A stretch of DNA of 64,000 nucleotides, from the NCBI GenBank assembly GCA_963845565.1, contig CAWJSJ010000002.1, forward strand, positions 1,472,001 to 1,536,000, read 5' to 3'. Shown piece after piece: positions 1-10,444 of this stretch. The DNA is from an uncultured Methylomirabilota bacterium. GTDB taxonomy: Bacteria > Methylomirabilota > Methylomirabilia > Methylomirabilales > 2-02-FULL-66-22. The position numbers were made by a program, and so were the translations under genes. The notes under the pieces are model-generated. The model was not told where the DNA came from. It saw nothing but the letters and a program-made list of their open reading frames with translations, and did not search any database. Positions within the stretch are counted from its first letter, which is position 1. The number at the start of each line of letters is the position of its first letter.

Positions 1-285
1 GGCGCAGAGATCATGCAGCGATGCATCGCCGCGGGCGGCAGCATCACCGGCGAGCACGGGGTGGGGTTCGAGAAACGGGACTTCATGCCCCTCATGTACT
101 CGGCGGTCGACCTGGACGCCATGGCGAAGGTAAAGCGGGTTTGGAACCCCGACGGCCTGCTCAATCCCGGCAAGATCTTCCCGACGTCCAAATCGTGCGT
201 CGAGGTGGGAAAAACCGGGAAGCCGCGGGACATCGGATACAAGCCACATCGGATCGAGCAGGAAGGGAAAGCGCAACGCTTTTAG
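1..285 (+). CDS. glcD: FAD-linked oxidase (glycolate oxidase GlcD-like), C-terminal part, truncated by window start
   Basis: [11 protein letters not shown] and LNPGKIF motifs of the FAD-oxidase C-terminal domain; upstream of glcE/glcF-like genes. Confidence 0.85.
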   Translation, partial: GAEIMQRCIAAGGSITGEHGVGFEKRDFMPLMYSAVDLDAMAKVKRVWNPDGLLNPGKIFPTSKSCVEVGKTGKPRDIGYKPHRIEQEGKAQRF

Positions 286-350
286 CTATCAGCGCTCAGC
301 CATCAGCTTTCGGATCCGAACTGAGCGCTGACCGCTGAATACTGAAAGCT
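284..350. repeat. Heptamer tandem-repeat palindrome
   Basis: AGCTATC-AGCGCTC-AGCCATC-AGCTTTC, a 9-nt spacer, then the inverted CTGAGCG-CTGACCG-CTGAATA-CTGAAAG-CT. Confidence 0.8.
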
Positions 351-366
351 CACCAATCAGGTTGCC

Positions 367-1703
367 ATGTCAGACCTGGCGAAGACACTGGAAAGGATCG
401 TGGGTGCGGAGCACCTCCTGGCCGACGGCGAGGCTCGCCGGTACGCCGTGGACGATGTGATGCCGGGATTGGCGGTGTTTCCCGGGAGTGTCGAACAGGT
501 TTCCGCCACCCTGGCCGCGTGCAGCAAGGCGAAGGCCGCCGTGATTCCATGGGGCGGCGGCGCGCACATGGGTCTTGGGGGAGTGCCGAAGAAGGTTGAC
601 GTGGTGTTGGCGCTCGGTCGGATGAATCAGGTCCTTGACCACGAGCCCGGCGACATGACGTCCACCGTGCAGGCGGGGATGATTGTTGAACGACTTTCAA
701 TCGCGACTGGGTCGTCATGGCCAGTTCTTGAGCCTCGACCCGTCCGGAGGCGCCCGCGCTACCATCGGAGGAATCCTGGCCGCGAACGCGAGCGGCCCGC
801 GCCGCCTCCGCTACGGAACGGCGCGGGACCTGCTCATCGGCCTGCGGGTCGTGGACGCCGGACGGCACGGTGACGAAGGGCGGGGCCAAGGTCGTCAAGA
901 ACGTCACCGGCTATGACATGAACAAACTCTACGTCGGGTCGTTGGGAACGCTCGGCGTGATCGTCGAGGCGACGTTTCGCCTGTACCCGATCCCGACCAC
1001 GGAGCGCACCTGGGTGGCCTCGTTCTCCACGGCGGCGAAGACCCGGGAGGTTATTGGCAGGATCCTGGGATCACCACTGGTCCCGAGCGCCGTCGAACTC
1101 TTGAATGACACGGCGGCCGCGGAGGTCGCGCGGCATTCCAGCTCGATATCGGGTCTGCGGGGCGTCCTGCTGGCCGTGGCGATCGCCTCGGTGCCGGAGG
1201 CCGTCGAGGCCCAGTTGCGGTCGGCCCAGGCGATGGCGCAAGAAGCCAGCGGCGCCCTGGTCCTGGAGGGCGCGGCCCATGAGGCATTCTGGGCCGCGGT
1301 CCGAGACTTCGATCCCGGCGAAGGATCTGCCATGGTCCTTAAGGCCAGCGTTTTGTTGACCAAAGTGGCCGAGGCTGTCGAGCAGGGTGAGCGCCTGGCA
1401 GCGCAGCGAGGGATCCGTGTGGCCATCATCTCGGAGGCGGGGACGGGGATCGTCCGGTACTACTTCCGAGGGGACGACGGCGCGGACGGCATGAAGCGTT
1501 TGGCGGAGGTGGTAGACCCCCTCCGTGCTTTCGCGGTTGAGGCAAAAGGCAGCCTTGTGGTGCTGCAGGCCCCACCCGAGGTGAAGGCGTTGGTGGATGT
1601 GTGGGGGCCGGCCGGGAAGGGCTTCACGCTGATGCGAGGGCTGAAAGAGCAGTTCGACCCGGGCCACATCCTCAGCCCGGGTCGTTTCGTCGGTGGGCTC
1701 TGA
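367..1703 (+). CDS. glcE: Glycolate oxidase FAD-binding subunit GlcE-like; two apparent +1 indels (~682, ~860)
   Basis: Three ORF pieces join into one protein: PWGGGAH, ATIGGILAANASGPRRLRYG, GGAKVVKNVTGYDMNKL...GSLGTLG, LKEQFDP...LSPGRF. Confidence 0.85.
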
Positions 1704-1725
1704 ATCGGCGAGGGGCGGCGAACCG

Positions 1726-3073
1726 ATGGCGCAGGTCCCGGGAGTATCCGAAACAGCGGTGAAGGCGGCGGAGAAAGCGCAACCGGGCGCCTTCGATCCG
1801 CTGGATCCGCCGTCGATGGACAAGATCCTGGACTGTGTCCACTGCGGGTTCTGTCTGCCGACGTGCCCGACGTATCTGGTCCTGGGAAACGAGATGGACT
1901 CGCCGCGGGGCCGGATCTACCTGATGCGCTCGGCAGCCGAGGGGCGCATCGGGATCGGCGACAGCTTCGTCAAACACATGAATCTGTGTCTGGTCTGCCG
2001 GGCCTGCGAGACCGCCTGTCCGTCCGGGGTCGAGTACGGCCATCTGATCGAAGCGGCGCGGGGACAGGTCGAACGACAGTACGAGTATCGGTTTACCGAC
2101 CGCGTCTTCCGGAAGTTTATCCTGCGCACATTCACCGATCGGAGACTTCTCCGGCTCCTCCTCGCGCCGATGCGGGCGTATCAGCGGCTTGGAGTTCCAG
2201 CGATTGGTGAGGAAGAGCGGCGTCCTCAGGCTGCTGGGGCGTTGGGGGGCCATGGAAGCCTTCATGCCGAGCATGCCGGACCCCGCCCTGGGTCGCGGTT
2301 TCCCCGAGGTCACCCCGGCCATCGGGCACCGGCGGGGCCGGGTCGCCCTGCTCCTCGGATGCGCCCAGCACGCGTTCTTTCCGGACGTCAACCTGGCCAC
2401 CGCGCGCGTACTGGCCGAAAACGGCTTCGAAGTGGTGGCGCCCGCGAGGCAGGGTTGCTGCGGGTCCCTCTTTGTCCATGAGGGGGAGCGGGAGCACGGG
2501 AAGACTCTGGCGCGGAGGGCGATCGAGGTGTTCGAGGCGACCGGGGCGGATTTCGTGGCGATCAATGCCGCCGGCTGCGGGTCGGTGATGAAAGACTACG
2601 GGGAGTTGCTGAAAGACGATCCGGACTTTGGGGCCCGGGCCGCCGCGTTGAGCCGCCGCGTCCGAGATGTGTCCGAGATCCTGGCGGAAACGGGACTGAA
2701 GGGGACGCTTCACCCGGTGAAGCTGCGCGTGGCGTATCACGACGCCTGCCACCTGGCGCACGGTCAGCGGGTCCGATCGCAGCCGCGGAGTCTCCTGGGG
2801 GCGATCCCCGGGCTCACGCTGGTGCCGCTGCAGGAGGCGGACTTCTGCTGCGGGAGCGCCGGAGTCTACAATCTCCTGCACCCCGAGGTCGCCAAGGAGT
2901 TCCTGAACCGCAAGCTGGATCGCCTGGCCCTGACCGGCGCCGACGTGGTGGTCGCCGGCAATCCCGGCTGCCTGCTCCAGATCGCCGCGGGCCTGCGCGA
3001 ACGCGGCATGCCCATGCGCGCCGCCCACACCATCGAACTGCTGGATTGGTCCTATCGAGGAGTCACGTCGTGA
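1726..3073 (+). CDS. glcF: Glycolate oxidase Fe-S subunit GlcF-like; indel ~2195
   Basis: CVHCGFCLPTCP and CLVCRACETACP ferredoxin motifs; two CCG domains (GCCGS, FCCGSAG); YHDACHLAH. Confidence 0.88.
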
Positions 3074-3075
3074 CG

Positions 3076-3195
3076 GCCTGCGGAAAAGGCCCATCCGCCG
3101 ACACCCATTCTCCAGAAGGGCGCGGCGCCGCGACGCTCGGTCTCAGTACGAATCCAACGTCGGAGCACTCCAGGTTGGCACGGGCCGCCTGGAGG
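3076..3195 (-). repeat. Degenerate copy of the dispersed palindromic element
   Basis: GGCCTGCGGAAAAGGCCCATCCGCC...GCGACG...CAGTACG...CCGCCTGG is collinear with the copy at 43654; starts just after the glcF stop. Confidence 0.5.
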
Positions 3196-3279
3196 GCGGC
3201 TTCCATCCTATTGGTTTCGATCGGGGTTACGGCTTCCCTACCAGACCGGAAGCTCTGGCCCAGAGGCCACCGGTGACCC

Positions 3280-4020
3280 CTACCTGTGTTCCTCCGGATC
3301 GAGAGCCCACGCGGGCAACTCCTTCCCGGCCGCCCGCAACGTCCTGCGATGGTCCGGATAGGCGGGGCAGTACCGAGCGACCAGGTGCCAGAACGCGGGA
3401 GAATGATTGGGCTCCCGGGTATGGCAGAGCTCGTGCACCAAGACGTAGTCCAGGACGGCCGACGGGAGCAGCAGGAGCCGCGCGTTCAGGGAGATGGCGG
3501 CCCCGCGGGAGCAGCTTCCCCAGCGGCTTCGGGCGAGGCGGACCGTGCTCCGGGTGTAGGGGAGGCCACACCCGTGGCTTACCTCCGCCAACCGGGGTGG
3601 GAGATGGACCTGGCCCTGGCGGAGCAGCCAGCGCCGGAGCGCCCGGCGGCACGCCGCGGGGTCCCCGACGGGGCCGGCGACGACGAGTCCATCCGGGTTG
3701 GCGTCGAGCACGCGAATGCCGCGGGCAGCCGTGGGCCGCACCGTGACCGCCCAGCGCAGGCCGACGGCAGGCAGGGCGATCTCCGGCGGCAGGAGCCAGA
3801 CGGGGGCGGCGGCAGCGCCTGACGGCGCGCCGCAGCGTTGGCCTGCGCCGTCTGGATCCACGCCGCTTCGCGCAGCAGGATGCGGGTAATCGTGCGCGGG
3901 GCGTAGCGCCGAGGCGCGACGACCTCCAGGGCACCGGTGACCGTGACGCGCAAGGAAATCCCCCGCGCCCACGGGGTGACGCGGAGTCGGTAGTCCGACC
4001 GGCGGATTGTTGCTCCACAA
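3280..4020 (-). CDS. M48/YgjP (DUF45, SprT-like) zinc metallopeptidase; two compensating indels (~3996, ~3804)
   Basis: RWGSCS...ISLN...LDYVLVHELCH...NHSPAFW; the N-terminal DYRLRV...ISLRV...LEVVAP is in a shifted frame; GGAG sits 6 nt before TTG 4020. Confidence 0.75.
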   Translation of the reverse strand: MWSNNPPVGLPTPRHPVGAGDFLARHGHRCPGGRRASALRPAHDYPHPAARSGVDPDGAGQRCGAPSGAAAAPVWLLPPEIALPAVGLRWAVTVRPTAARGIRVLDANPDGLVVAGPVGDPAACRRALRRWLLRQGQVHLPPRLAEVSHGCGLPYTRSTVRLARSRWGSCSRGAAISLNARLLLLPSAVLDYVLVHELCHTREPNHSPAFWHLVARYCPAYPDHRRTLRAAGKELPAWALDPEEHR

Positions 4021-4209
4021 GGCATGCTCCGGGTTCGTAAGCGAGCGGGGCGCAGGGCGCAGGAAAACCGAGCAGTGCGCGGGTGTGGACGGAGACGGCA
4101 CTGATCGACTTGTCGATCGGTCGCTGGGCAGCGAGGGGCGGGAAGCTGCGACGCTGTCGTTGTCGGACGGTGGCGACAGGAGCCGCAACAGCGACTGCCG
4201 GTGCAGGGC

Positions 4210-4842
4210 AGCGTTCCGCCGAGGGCTGCTCAGGTAATAGTGCCACAGAATCCTCGCGGCGACGGCTCGCCACGGGCGCCAGGCCTCCCCGATCTTCTGG
4301 AGTCTTTCGGGTGTTGGCCTCTTGCGCAGGCGTTTGACGCGCTGAACTGCGACGGCGAGCGCCAGGTCGCCGTTCGGCCAGGTATCTGGGCGCCGCAAGC
4401 CCATCATCAGGTAGATGTCCGCCGTCCACGATCCGATTCCCTTGACCGCTATCAACCGAGCCTTCGCCTCGGAATCGTCGAGGGTCTCGATCAGCGCAAG
4501 ATCGAGTCTGCCGTCGAGGATAGCTTCGGCGAGGCCTCGGCCGTACGCGGTCTTCTGCCGACTGAAGCCGATGCTCTTCAATTCTTCATCTCGGAGTGCC
4601 AGGAACCGCTCGGGCGCGAGTTGTCCCGTGGCGGACACGAGGCGATGGTACGCGGCTCTTGCGGATGCCAGAGAGACCTGCTGCTCCAGGATGATGTGGA
4701 TCAGCGTGGGAAATCCCGGCTCTCTGGCCCACAGTGGCGGCGGACCGTAGACGGACACGATTGCGGCGAGATCGGAGTCTTGAGCGGTGAGCCGGCGCGT
4801 CGCGCTGCGAAGGGATCGCTCAGTGAGGAAGCGTGCACTCAT
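4210..4842 (-). CDS. alkA: DNA-3-methyladenine glycosylase II (AlkA/HhH-GPD family); no stop codon visible, end approximate
   Basis: ILEQQVSLASA, HhH motif LIAVKGIGSWTADIYL, PNGDLAL, WRPWRAVAARILW. Confidence 0.85.
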
Positions 4843-4900
4843 ACCTTGGCGTTCCTTGGTCCTGCGAAGAAACGACCGGTTCAGGGCCGAGAGGTCGAGG

Positions 4901-5671
4901 TCAGACCGGCCGGCACACCTGGCACGCGCGGTACCCGCTCGACCTGGCGTCGGTGCCGGACGCGAAATGGATCCGGCCGCCCTCGCGGATGCGCCGCTCG
5001 TGGGCGCAGCCCTTCCGACAGAAGATTTGGGTGGAGGCGCAACCGACGTAGGGCGTCGTGCTCCGTTCCAGGTTTAGCAGGGCTTCCTTCTGAACGAGGC
5101 CGAAGGAGTACCCGCCCAGTCCGCCGTCGGTCTTCACCACCCGATGGCAGGGGACGATGAGCGGCACGGGATTACCTGCCATGGCGCCGCCTACCGCTCG
5201 TGCGGCATCAGGCTTCCCGAGCTCCTCGGCGATCCATTTATAGCTTCGCACCTCGCCATATGGGATCGTTGCCGCGACATCAAGGGCGCCGCGGTCGAAT
5301 TCCGGGACCGTCGACAGGTCTACCGGGACGGTGAAGAACGTCCGCTCGCCGGCCAGGTACTCTGCGATCTCTCGCCGCGCTTGGTCGAGCAGTTTGCCGA
5401 CCTTCCCCGCCGGCTGCCGCGTGGCCCCCGCCCCTCTGGAGCGGCGGTACGCGACCTGGGTGATACCCACCGGAGACGCGGTGAGGTCCAATTGTGCGAG
5501 GAGTTCCGTCGGAGTCGGTCGATCGAACTGCAGGGCAATCTGCTCCATGATTCGCCTCGTCAAGTGTGGCGTGCCGACCGGGAGGGCGAACGCCTCTCGG
5601 AGCCAGGATTCGGTTCCCGCTTTTGCTTCGGGCAACTGTTTCCTTCTTGGGCGTCCGTTGAGCGTCTTCAC
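4901..5671 (-). CDS. ogt: Methylated-DNA-protein-cysteine methyltransferase with a C-terminal Ada metal-binding domain
   Basis: IPYGEVRSY, ARAVGGAM, NPVPLIVPCHRV active site; C-terminal STQIFCRKGC...GYRACQVCRP matches the four-Cys Ada-N pattern. Confidence 0.9.
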   Translation of the reverse strand: MKTLNGRPRRKQLPEAKAGTESWLREAFALPVGTPHLTRRIMEQIALQFDRPTPTELLAQLDLTASPVGITQVAYRRSRGAGATRQPAGKVGKLLDQARREIAEYLAGERTFFTVPVDLSTVPEFDRGALDVAATIPYGEVRSYKWIAEELGKPDAARAVGGAMAGNPVPLIVPCHRVVKTDGGLGGYSFGLVQKEALLNLERSTTPYVGCASTQIFCRKGCAHERRIREGGRIHFASGTDARSSGYRACQVCRPV

Positions 5672-6213
5672 GATCTATCCACCCCCCGAGCTCGCAACGC
5701 CTTGCGAAGGGCCGCTCGTCCCCTCCGGAGATGAGTCTTCACCGTATGCACGGAGATTCCCCGGATGGCGCCGATATCCTGATAGGTCCGTCCTTCTCCG
5801 TAGTACAACGTGATCACGATCCGTGCCTCGACGGGAATGGTCGCCAGAGCCGCTCGGAGCAACCGATCCCGTTCGCGCTCTGCGAGGACGCGGTCCGGCG
5901 TTTCGGTGGTGGAGAAATCCAGACCATCCAGGGAAGCTGTCGACCGGGCGCGGCGCAACTGGTCGATGCATGCGTTGGTGAGGATGCGGTAAAACCAGGT
6001 GTTGAGCCGCCAGCGGGACCGGTACGCCGCGCGGCTCTCGTAGAGTCGCAGAAACGCGTGCTGGACGGCATCCTCCGCATCCGCCCGATTTCCCAACAAT
6101 CGCAGGGCCACGGAAAAGGCGCGCCGCTGGTACCGGTCCGCCAGAACGGCAAACGCCGTGTGGTCCCCGGCTTGAACTCTCTTGAATGCCGCCTCATCGC
6201 TCTCTGGCACCAT
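5668..6213 (-). CDS. ECF-type RNA polymerase sigma-70 factor
   Basis: DAEDAVQHAFL...TWFYRILTNACIDQLRR (region 2); YQDIGAIRGISVHTVKTHLRRGRAALR (region 4); 4-nt overlap with ogt. Confidence 0.9.
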   Translation of the reverse strand: MVPESDEAAFKRVQAGDHTAFAVLADRYQRRAFSVALRLLGNRADAEDAVQHAFLRLYESRAAYRSRWRLNTWFYRILTNACIDQLRRARSTASLDGLDFSTTETPDRVLAERERDRLLRAALATIPVEARIVITLYYGEGRTYQDIGAIRGISVHTVKTHLRRGRAALRKALRARGVDRS

Positions 6214-6383
6214 CAGCCTCGTCGAGGTATACGGGGGAGGACCCGAAAAGGGTGAATGCCACTCGAGAATACCACGCCATGTCCGGATCGTCCTCATCGG
6301 GCGAAAAAGGCGTTGCCATCCTGCGGGGATACGTGGTATCGGAAAGCGTCAATTCTCTCTCACCCATCCAAGGAGGCGACCTG

Positions 6384-7037
6384 ATGAATCCACGCGAGAT
6401 CTGCGAACGGTACGAAAAGCTGTACACCGGGGCCGTGGCCGACATCCTCGACGAGAAGGGGTTCCGGAAGCAGTGCCTGGGGCCGGCCTTGCGTCCCCTC
6501 TTTCCGGATCGCCGCGCCGCGGGATTCGCCTTCCCGGCTCTCGGCGAGGCCTGCGCGGATGTCGGCTACGACTGCCGCCCGGAGATCCTGACATTCCTGG
6601 GCGCGATCCCGGCGGAGTCCATGGTCGTCTTCGACCCGGGCAAGGAGAAGGTCTGTGCGGCCTGGGGGGAGTTCATGGCCCTGGCGGCCCGGAACAACGG
6701 CTGCCGCGGGGTGGTGGTGGACGGGACGATTCGCGACGCCGAGATGATCATGCAGGCGGGCTTCCAGATCTTCGGCACCGGCTTCTGGCCGGTCTCGTCT
6801 GTGGGGCGCTGGCGCCCCGTGCATGTCGGCCACCCCATCCTCTTCCATGGTGTCGAGATCCGGCCGGGTGACCTGGTTCTGGGAGACATCGACGGCGTGG
6901 TGGTCGTCCCACGGCCGCTGGTCGAGGAGGTCCTGCTGGCCGCCGAGGAGTGCTTCCGCGCGGAGCGGAGCATGAAAGAGGAGTTGCGGGCCGGCAAGAC
7001 GATGGCCGAGGTATTCGCCAAGTACGGCCGCTGGTAA
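6384..7037 (+). CDS. RraA family / HMG-aldolase-like protein
   Basis: WGEFMA...GVVVDGTIRD...IRPGDLVLGDIDGVVVVP; AGGAGG SD. Confidence 0.85.
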   Translation: MNPREICERYEKLYTGAVADILDEKGFRKQCLGPALRPLFPDRRAAGFAFPALGEACADVGYDCRPEILTFLGAIPAESMVVFDPGKEKVCAAWGEFMALAARNNGCRGVVVDGTIRDAEMIMQAGFQIFGTGFWPVSSVGRWRPVHVGHPILFHGVEIRPGDLVLGDIDGVVVVPRPLVEEVLLAAEECFRAERSMKEELRAGKTMAEVFAKYGRW

Positions 7038-7053
7038 AGATCCGCAGCCGAGA

Positions 7054-7093
7054 ACGCAACGCCCCCGGGAAGGCTCCAGGGGCGTTGCGTATT
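7054..7093. terminator. Hairpin between convergent genes, likely terminator
   Basis: ACGCAACGCCCC...GGGGCGTTGCGT perfect 12-bp stem. Confidence 0.6.
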
Positions 7094-7134
7094 CATGTCA
7101 GCCATCCCAGGTTACTGAGGAACTCGTAGCCTCT

Positions 7135-7259
7135 CAGGCTGCTCAAAACGGTCCAGATGCCAGGCGGCGAGCGTAAGGCCGAGTGAGGCGTACTCCAGGT
7201 ACGCCGCAACGAGTGCCTAAGCGAGCCAACGCGGCAGATGGGCCGTTTTCAGCAGCCTG
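7135..7259 (+). repeat. Dispersed palindromic (MITE-like) element, copy A
   Basis: CAGGCTGCTCAAAACGGTCCAGATGC...GGCGTACTCCAGGTACGCC...GCAGATGGGCCGTTTTCAGCAGCCTG. Confidence 0.9.
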
Positions 7260-8244
7260 CGGCCGCGGCGATCATGGCGCGGATATTGTCCAGCGGGGTG
7301 TCCGGGGCCACAGCGCAGCCGGCGTTGAGTGCGTCCACGCCTTCCGCCAGGCATTGCCGGGAAGCCTCGCGGACGTCCGCCGGCGAACCGTCCAGGAGGA
7401 GGGAGGTCGAGACGTAGCCGATTAGGGCCGCCTTGCCCTTGAGGTGAGTGCGAGCCGCTTGCACGTCGGTCTTCACGTCGAAGCTGACGCCGCGGAATCC
7501 GACCGACGCCAGGTGGGGGAGGTGGCGGGTGATGTTCCCGCAGATGTGGGTGAGGAGCGGACGGTCTAGGCCGTTCACGAGCTGGCGGTGGTATGGCGCG
7601 ATGAACTCCTGGTATTGCGCCGGCGAAATGAGGTCCCCGGAGGCGGTCGGCTCGCCAATCTGCACGACGTGAGACCCCGCCTGGTACTGTGCGCGGAGGT
7701 AGCGGGCGACCAGGGGGGTGGCCGCGGTCATGGCCGCATGGACCTTCTCTGGCTCCTCGATCATCCAGATCAGCAGAGTCTCGACGCCGAAGAGGCAGCC
7801 TGCGAGCGTGAACGGCCCCAGGGAGGACGTGATGACCGGCGCGGCCTCGCCGTGCTGCTTTCGCGCGATGCGGATGGCTTCCAGGACGATCGGGAAGCGG
7901 CCCCGGGTCATGAGATCCTCTCCGACCATGAATTGCTCGGGGGATTCGAAGAGGGGCGCCCGGATCTTGGGGAGTGTCGTGTTTCCTCCGAAGTCGATGT
8001 CCGCGCCCAGGGCCCCGGCTTCCACGGTCATGTCGAAGGGGACCTTCACGGATTCCAGGCCACAGACGACATGGGCCGCCGCTCCGGCGCGGACCATCTG
8101 CTCCGGGTCATGGTGCGCGTCCGGCCACTGGGTGTCCACCTGTCGCATCAGGTCAACGGTGACCACGCTGGTCAGGCCGATAACCGGGGTGCGGTCCACC
8201 GGTTCCCTCGCGAGGACGCGAAGGAGGCGTTCAACCGAATTCAT
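7249..8244 (-). CDS. MtaA/CmuA-type methyltransferase (UroD superfamily)
   Basis: PFDMTVEAGALG, GPFTLA, Zn-binding H-x-C (THICG) and NAGC. Confidence 0.8.
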   Translation of the reverse strand: MNSVERLLRVLAREPVDRTPVIGLTSVVTVDLMRQVDTQWPDAHHDPEQMVRAGAAAHVVCGLESVKVPFDMTVEAGALGADIDFGGNTTLPKIRAPLFESPEQFMVGEDLMTRGRFPIVLEAIRIARKQHGEAAPVITSSLGPFTLAGCLFGVETLLIWMIEEPEKVHAAMTAATPLVARYLRAQYQAGSHVVQIGEPTASGDLISPAQYQEFIAPYHRQLVNGLDRPLLTHICGNITRHLPHLASVGFRGVSFDVKTDVQAARTHLKGKAALIGYVSTSLLLDGSPADVREASRQCLAEGVDALNAGCAVAPDTPLDNIRAMIAAAAGC

Positions 8245-8385
8245 GAGTGCCTCCTCAATTTCTGACCCCCAAGGGTCGTGGAGCAGGTGGGACGGCAGCG
8301 TGTTGGAGCGACTGAAAAGGGCGATGGGGCCGGCAGCGATCCGTCGCCACTCGGCCCCATAGCGTCATCAGGATTCCTTACGCCC

Positions 8386-9153
8386 TCAGGCGGGCTTGTA
8401 CGGGGTAAACTCGGCCTTGAACTTCGCCAGCGACTCGCGGATGGTGTCCGAATCGCCAAGCTTCTTGCGCTCGGTGACCAGCTCCAGGGGCGCCGACATG
8501 CCCAGCACCGGGCAGAAGCCCCGCTTGCTGATCTGCTCCTGGAAGCCGGCGCCCGTCTTCACGTTCACGCCGCCCGTGGGCATGACCATCTTCCCGTTGT
8601 GCCGCTCGCGCTGGTACGGGGCAAGGAGAGCGCCCACGCCGCTGGGCCCGTAGACGCTGGCATTGAAGATCTTGATCCCGTCCGGCTCCAAGCCGTCCTC
8701 CCGCTCCAGGAAGTAGGCGAACTCGGAGGGGGAGAAGGCTCCCGGCACACCGAAGCACTTGGCGGCCCGGACGATCTTGACGAAGTCGATGCGCTCGCGA
8801 CAGCCACCCATGCCCGAGTCGGGCCCGACGATCATGTCGAAACCCATCTCGATGGCCGTCTCCAGCTCGCGGGGATTGATGACGCTGCCCACGCCCAAGA
8901 GCATCGGGTCGCCGGGGCGCGCCTTCACACTGTCGATGCGCCGTTTCCGGAGCTCGGCCATGGCCTCTTTCAGGATGCCCTCGGGAATCCGGAAGGTGAC
9001 CTCGGCGATGAGGCCGGCCTCGTAGATCCCCAGCACGGTATTGATGACGTCCTGCGGCGTCTTGGCGTGGTCGCGGCCCATGACGACCACCACGCCTTTC
9101 TCCCGCAAGGTCTTCTCGACCCGCTTGGGGTCTCTAGTGTATACGTCGGACAT
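8386..9153 (-). CDS. KDPG/KHG aldolase (Eda)-like protein with insertions
   Basis: EVTFR, GVGSV, PGAFSPSE, IKIFNA, MPTGGV; directly downstream of kdgK. Confidence 0.75.
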   Translation of the reverse strand: MSDVYTRDPKRVEKTLREKGVVVVMGRDHAKTPQDVINTVLGIYEAGLIAEVTFRIPEGILKEAMAELRKRRIDSVKARPGDPMLLGVGSVINPRELETAIEMGFDMIVGPDSGMGGCRERIDFVKIVRAAKCFGVPGAFSPSEFAYFLEREDGLEPDGIKIFNASVYGPSGVGALLAPYQRERHNGKMVMPTGGVNVKTGAGFQEQISKRGFCPVLGMSAPLELVTERKKLGDSDTIRESLAKFKAEFTPYKPA

Positions 9154-9243
9154 GATTGCCTCCTCTTTCCCGTGGATTGAAACGAGTACGAAAGACTGCG
9201 GAGCAGTGCGGGAGGACGCTCCTCGACCGCCCGGTGTCGCCAG

Positions 9244-10377
9244 CTACCGCAACGCGCTGACCCCGCCCCCCTTCTTGCCGCGCTTGACCTCGGCCTCGAC
9301 CATGGCCTGGGTGACCATGGTGGTGTCGCCGGGGGTCTCCTGGACCAGGATGCCGTGGGCGGCGCCCCACTCCACCGCCTCCTCCAGCGGCTTGCCCTTG
9401 AGGATGGCGGAGATGATGGCCGATGCGAACGAGTCGCCGCCGCCGGTCCGATCGGCGATCTCGATGTTCCGTCGAATAACGGCCTGGTGCAGCTTGTCCT
9501 CGGCCACGTCGTACAGCACCGCGCCCCAGTCGATCCGGTCCGCCGAATGCGCGCCACGCAGCTGCGTTCCGATCAGCTTCAGATTCGGATAATCCTTGGC
9601 CACCTTGCGAAGCAGCGTGACGTAGCATTCCAGGAACTGTTCCATGCTGGCGTTGGACGGAACGTCCACCGTGTAGCCCAGGGCGTCGTCGAAGTCGCTC
9701 TGATTCCCGACCAGGAACTCGACGTGGGGGACGATCTTCCGGTTGATCTCGCGAGCACGCTCCTTGTTGGGCTCCACGTTGGCCCGGTAGTTGAGGTCGG
9801 TGGACCGGAGCGTGCCGTATTTTCCGGCGGCCTTCAAGTATTCGACGGCCGTCTCGGCTGTCTTCGCCGAGAGAAGGCTGTAAATGCCCCCGGTGTGGGC
9901 CCAGCGGGCACCCTCTTTTCCGAAGAGTGTGTCGAAATCATAATCGGCGGCCCCCACCTCGCGGACCGGGGTGTGCGCCCGGTAATACTCGGTCTTGGAC
10001 GGGACCACGCCCTTCCCCCGGAAGGTGGCGTTGATGCCGTTCATCAAGCCCCCCTTCTTGTCGGTGACGTACTTCCCCTCCTTGCCGCCCGGCTTGAACC
10101 AGATGACGTGACTGGTGTCGACGCCGGTTTCCCGGAACTGGCACTCGATGTTGCGACCGAAGCCGTCGTCCACCATCGCCGTGAGGACGGTGGAGCGCAT
10201 GCGGAAGCAGTACGCCATGCCCTCCGCCACGTTGACCTCGCCGCCGCCGTGCCAAATGCGGCAGGTCCGGGCGCGCTCGAAGGGGACGTCCACAGGGTCG
10301 AAGCGAATCATCACCTCACCCAGGGCCACCCCGTCCCACTTGCATTGTTCCGCAGGTTTGATGTTGAGTGTCGCCAT
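9244..10377 (-). CDS. kdgK: PfkB-family sugar kinase (2-keto-3-deoxygluconate kinase-like)
   Basis: ALGEVMIRFDP, GGGEVNVA, DLNYR, DRTGGGDSFASA. Confidence 0.8.
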   Translation of the reverse strand: MATLNIKPAEQCKWDGVALGEVMIRFDPVDVPFERARTCRIWHGGGEVNVAEGMAYCFRMRSTVLTAMVDDGFGRNIECQFRETGVDTSHVIWFKPGGKEGKYVTDKKGGLMNGINATFRGKGVVPSKTEYYRAHTPVREVGAADYDFDTLFGKEGARWAHTGGIYSLLSAKTAETAVEYLKAAGKYGTLRSTDLNYRANVEPNKERAREINRKIVPHVEFLVGNQSDFDDALGYTVDVPSNASMEQFLECYVTLLRKVAKDYPNLKLIGTQLRGAHSADRIDWGAVLYDVAEDKLHQAVIRRNIEIADRTGGGDSFASAIISAILKGKPLEEAVEWGAAHGILVQETPGDTTMVTQAMVEAEVKRGKKGGGVSALR

Positions 10378-10444
10378 GGCGCGCTGCTCCTTCCTGAGCC
10401 GTTGTCAAAGAATAACTTGACCAGAGATATTCCGAAACGGCACA

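Noticed and set aside
284..350. Tandem repeats as a CRISPR array
   Set aside because: Units are 7-9 nt, degenerate and without spacers; no cas genes are present.
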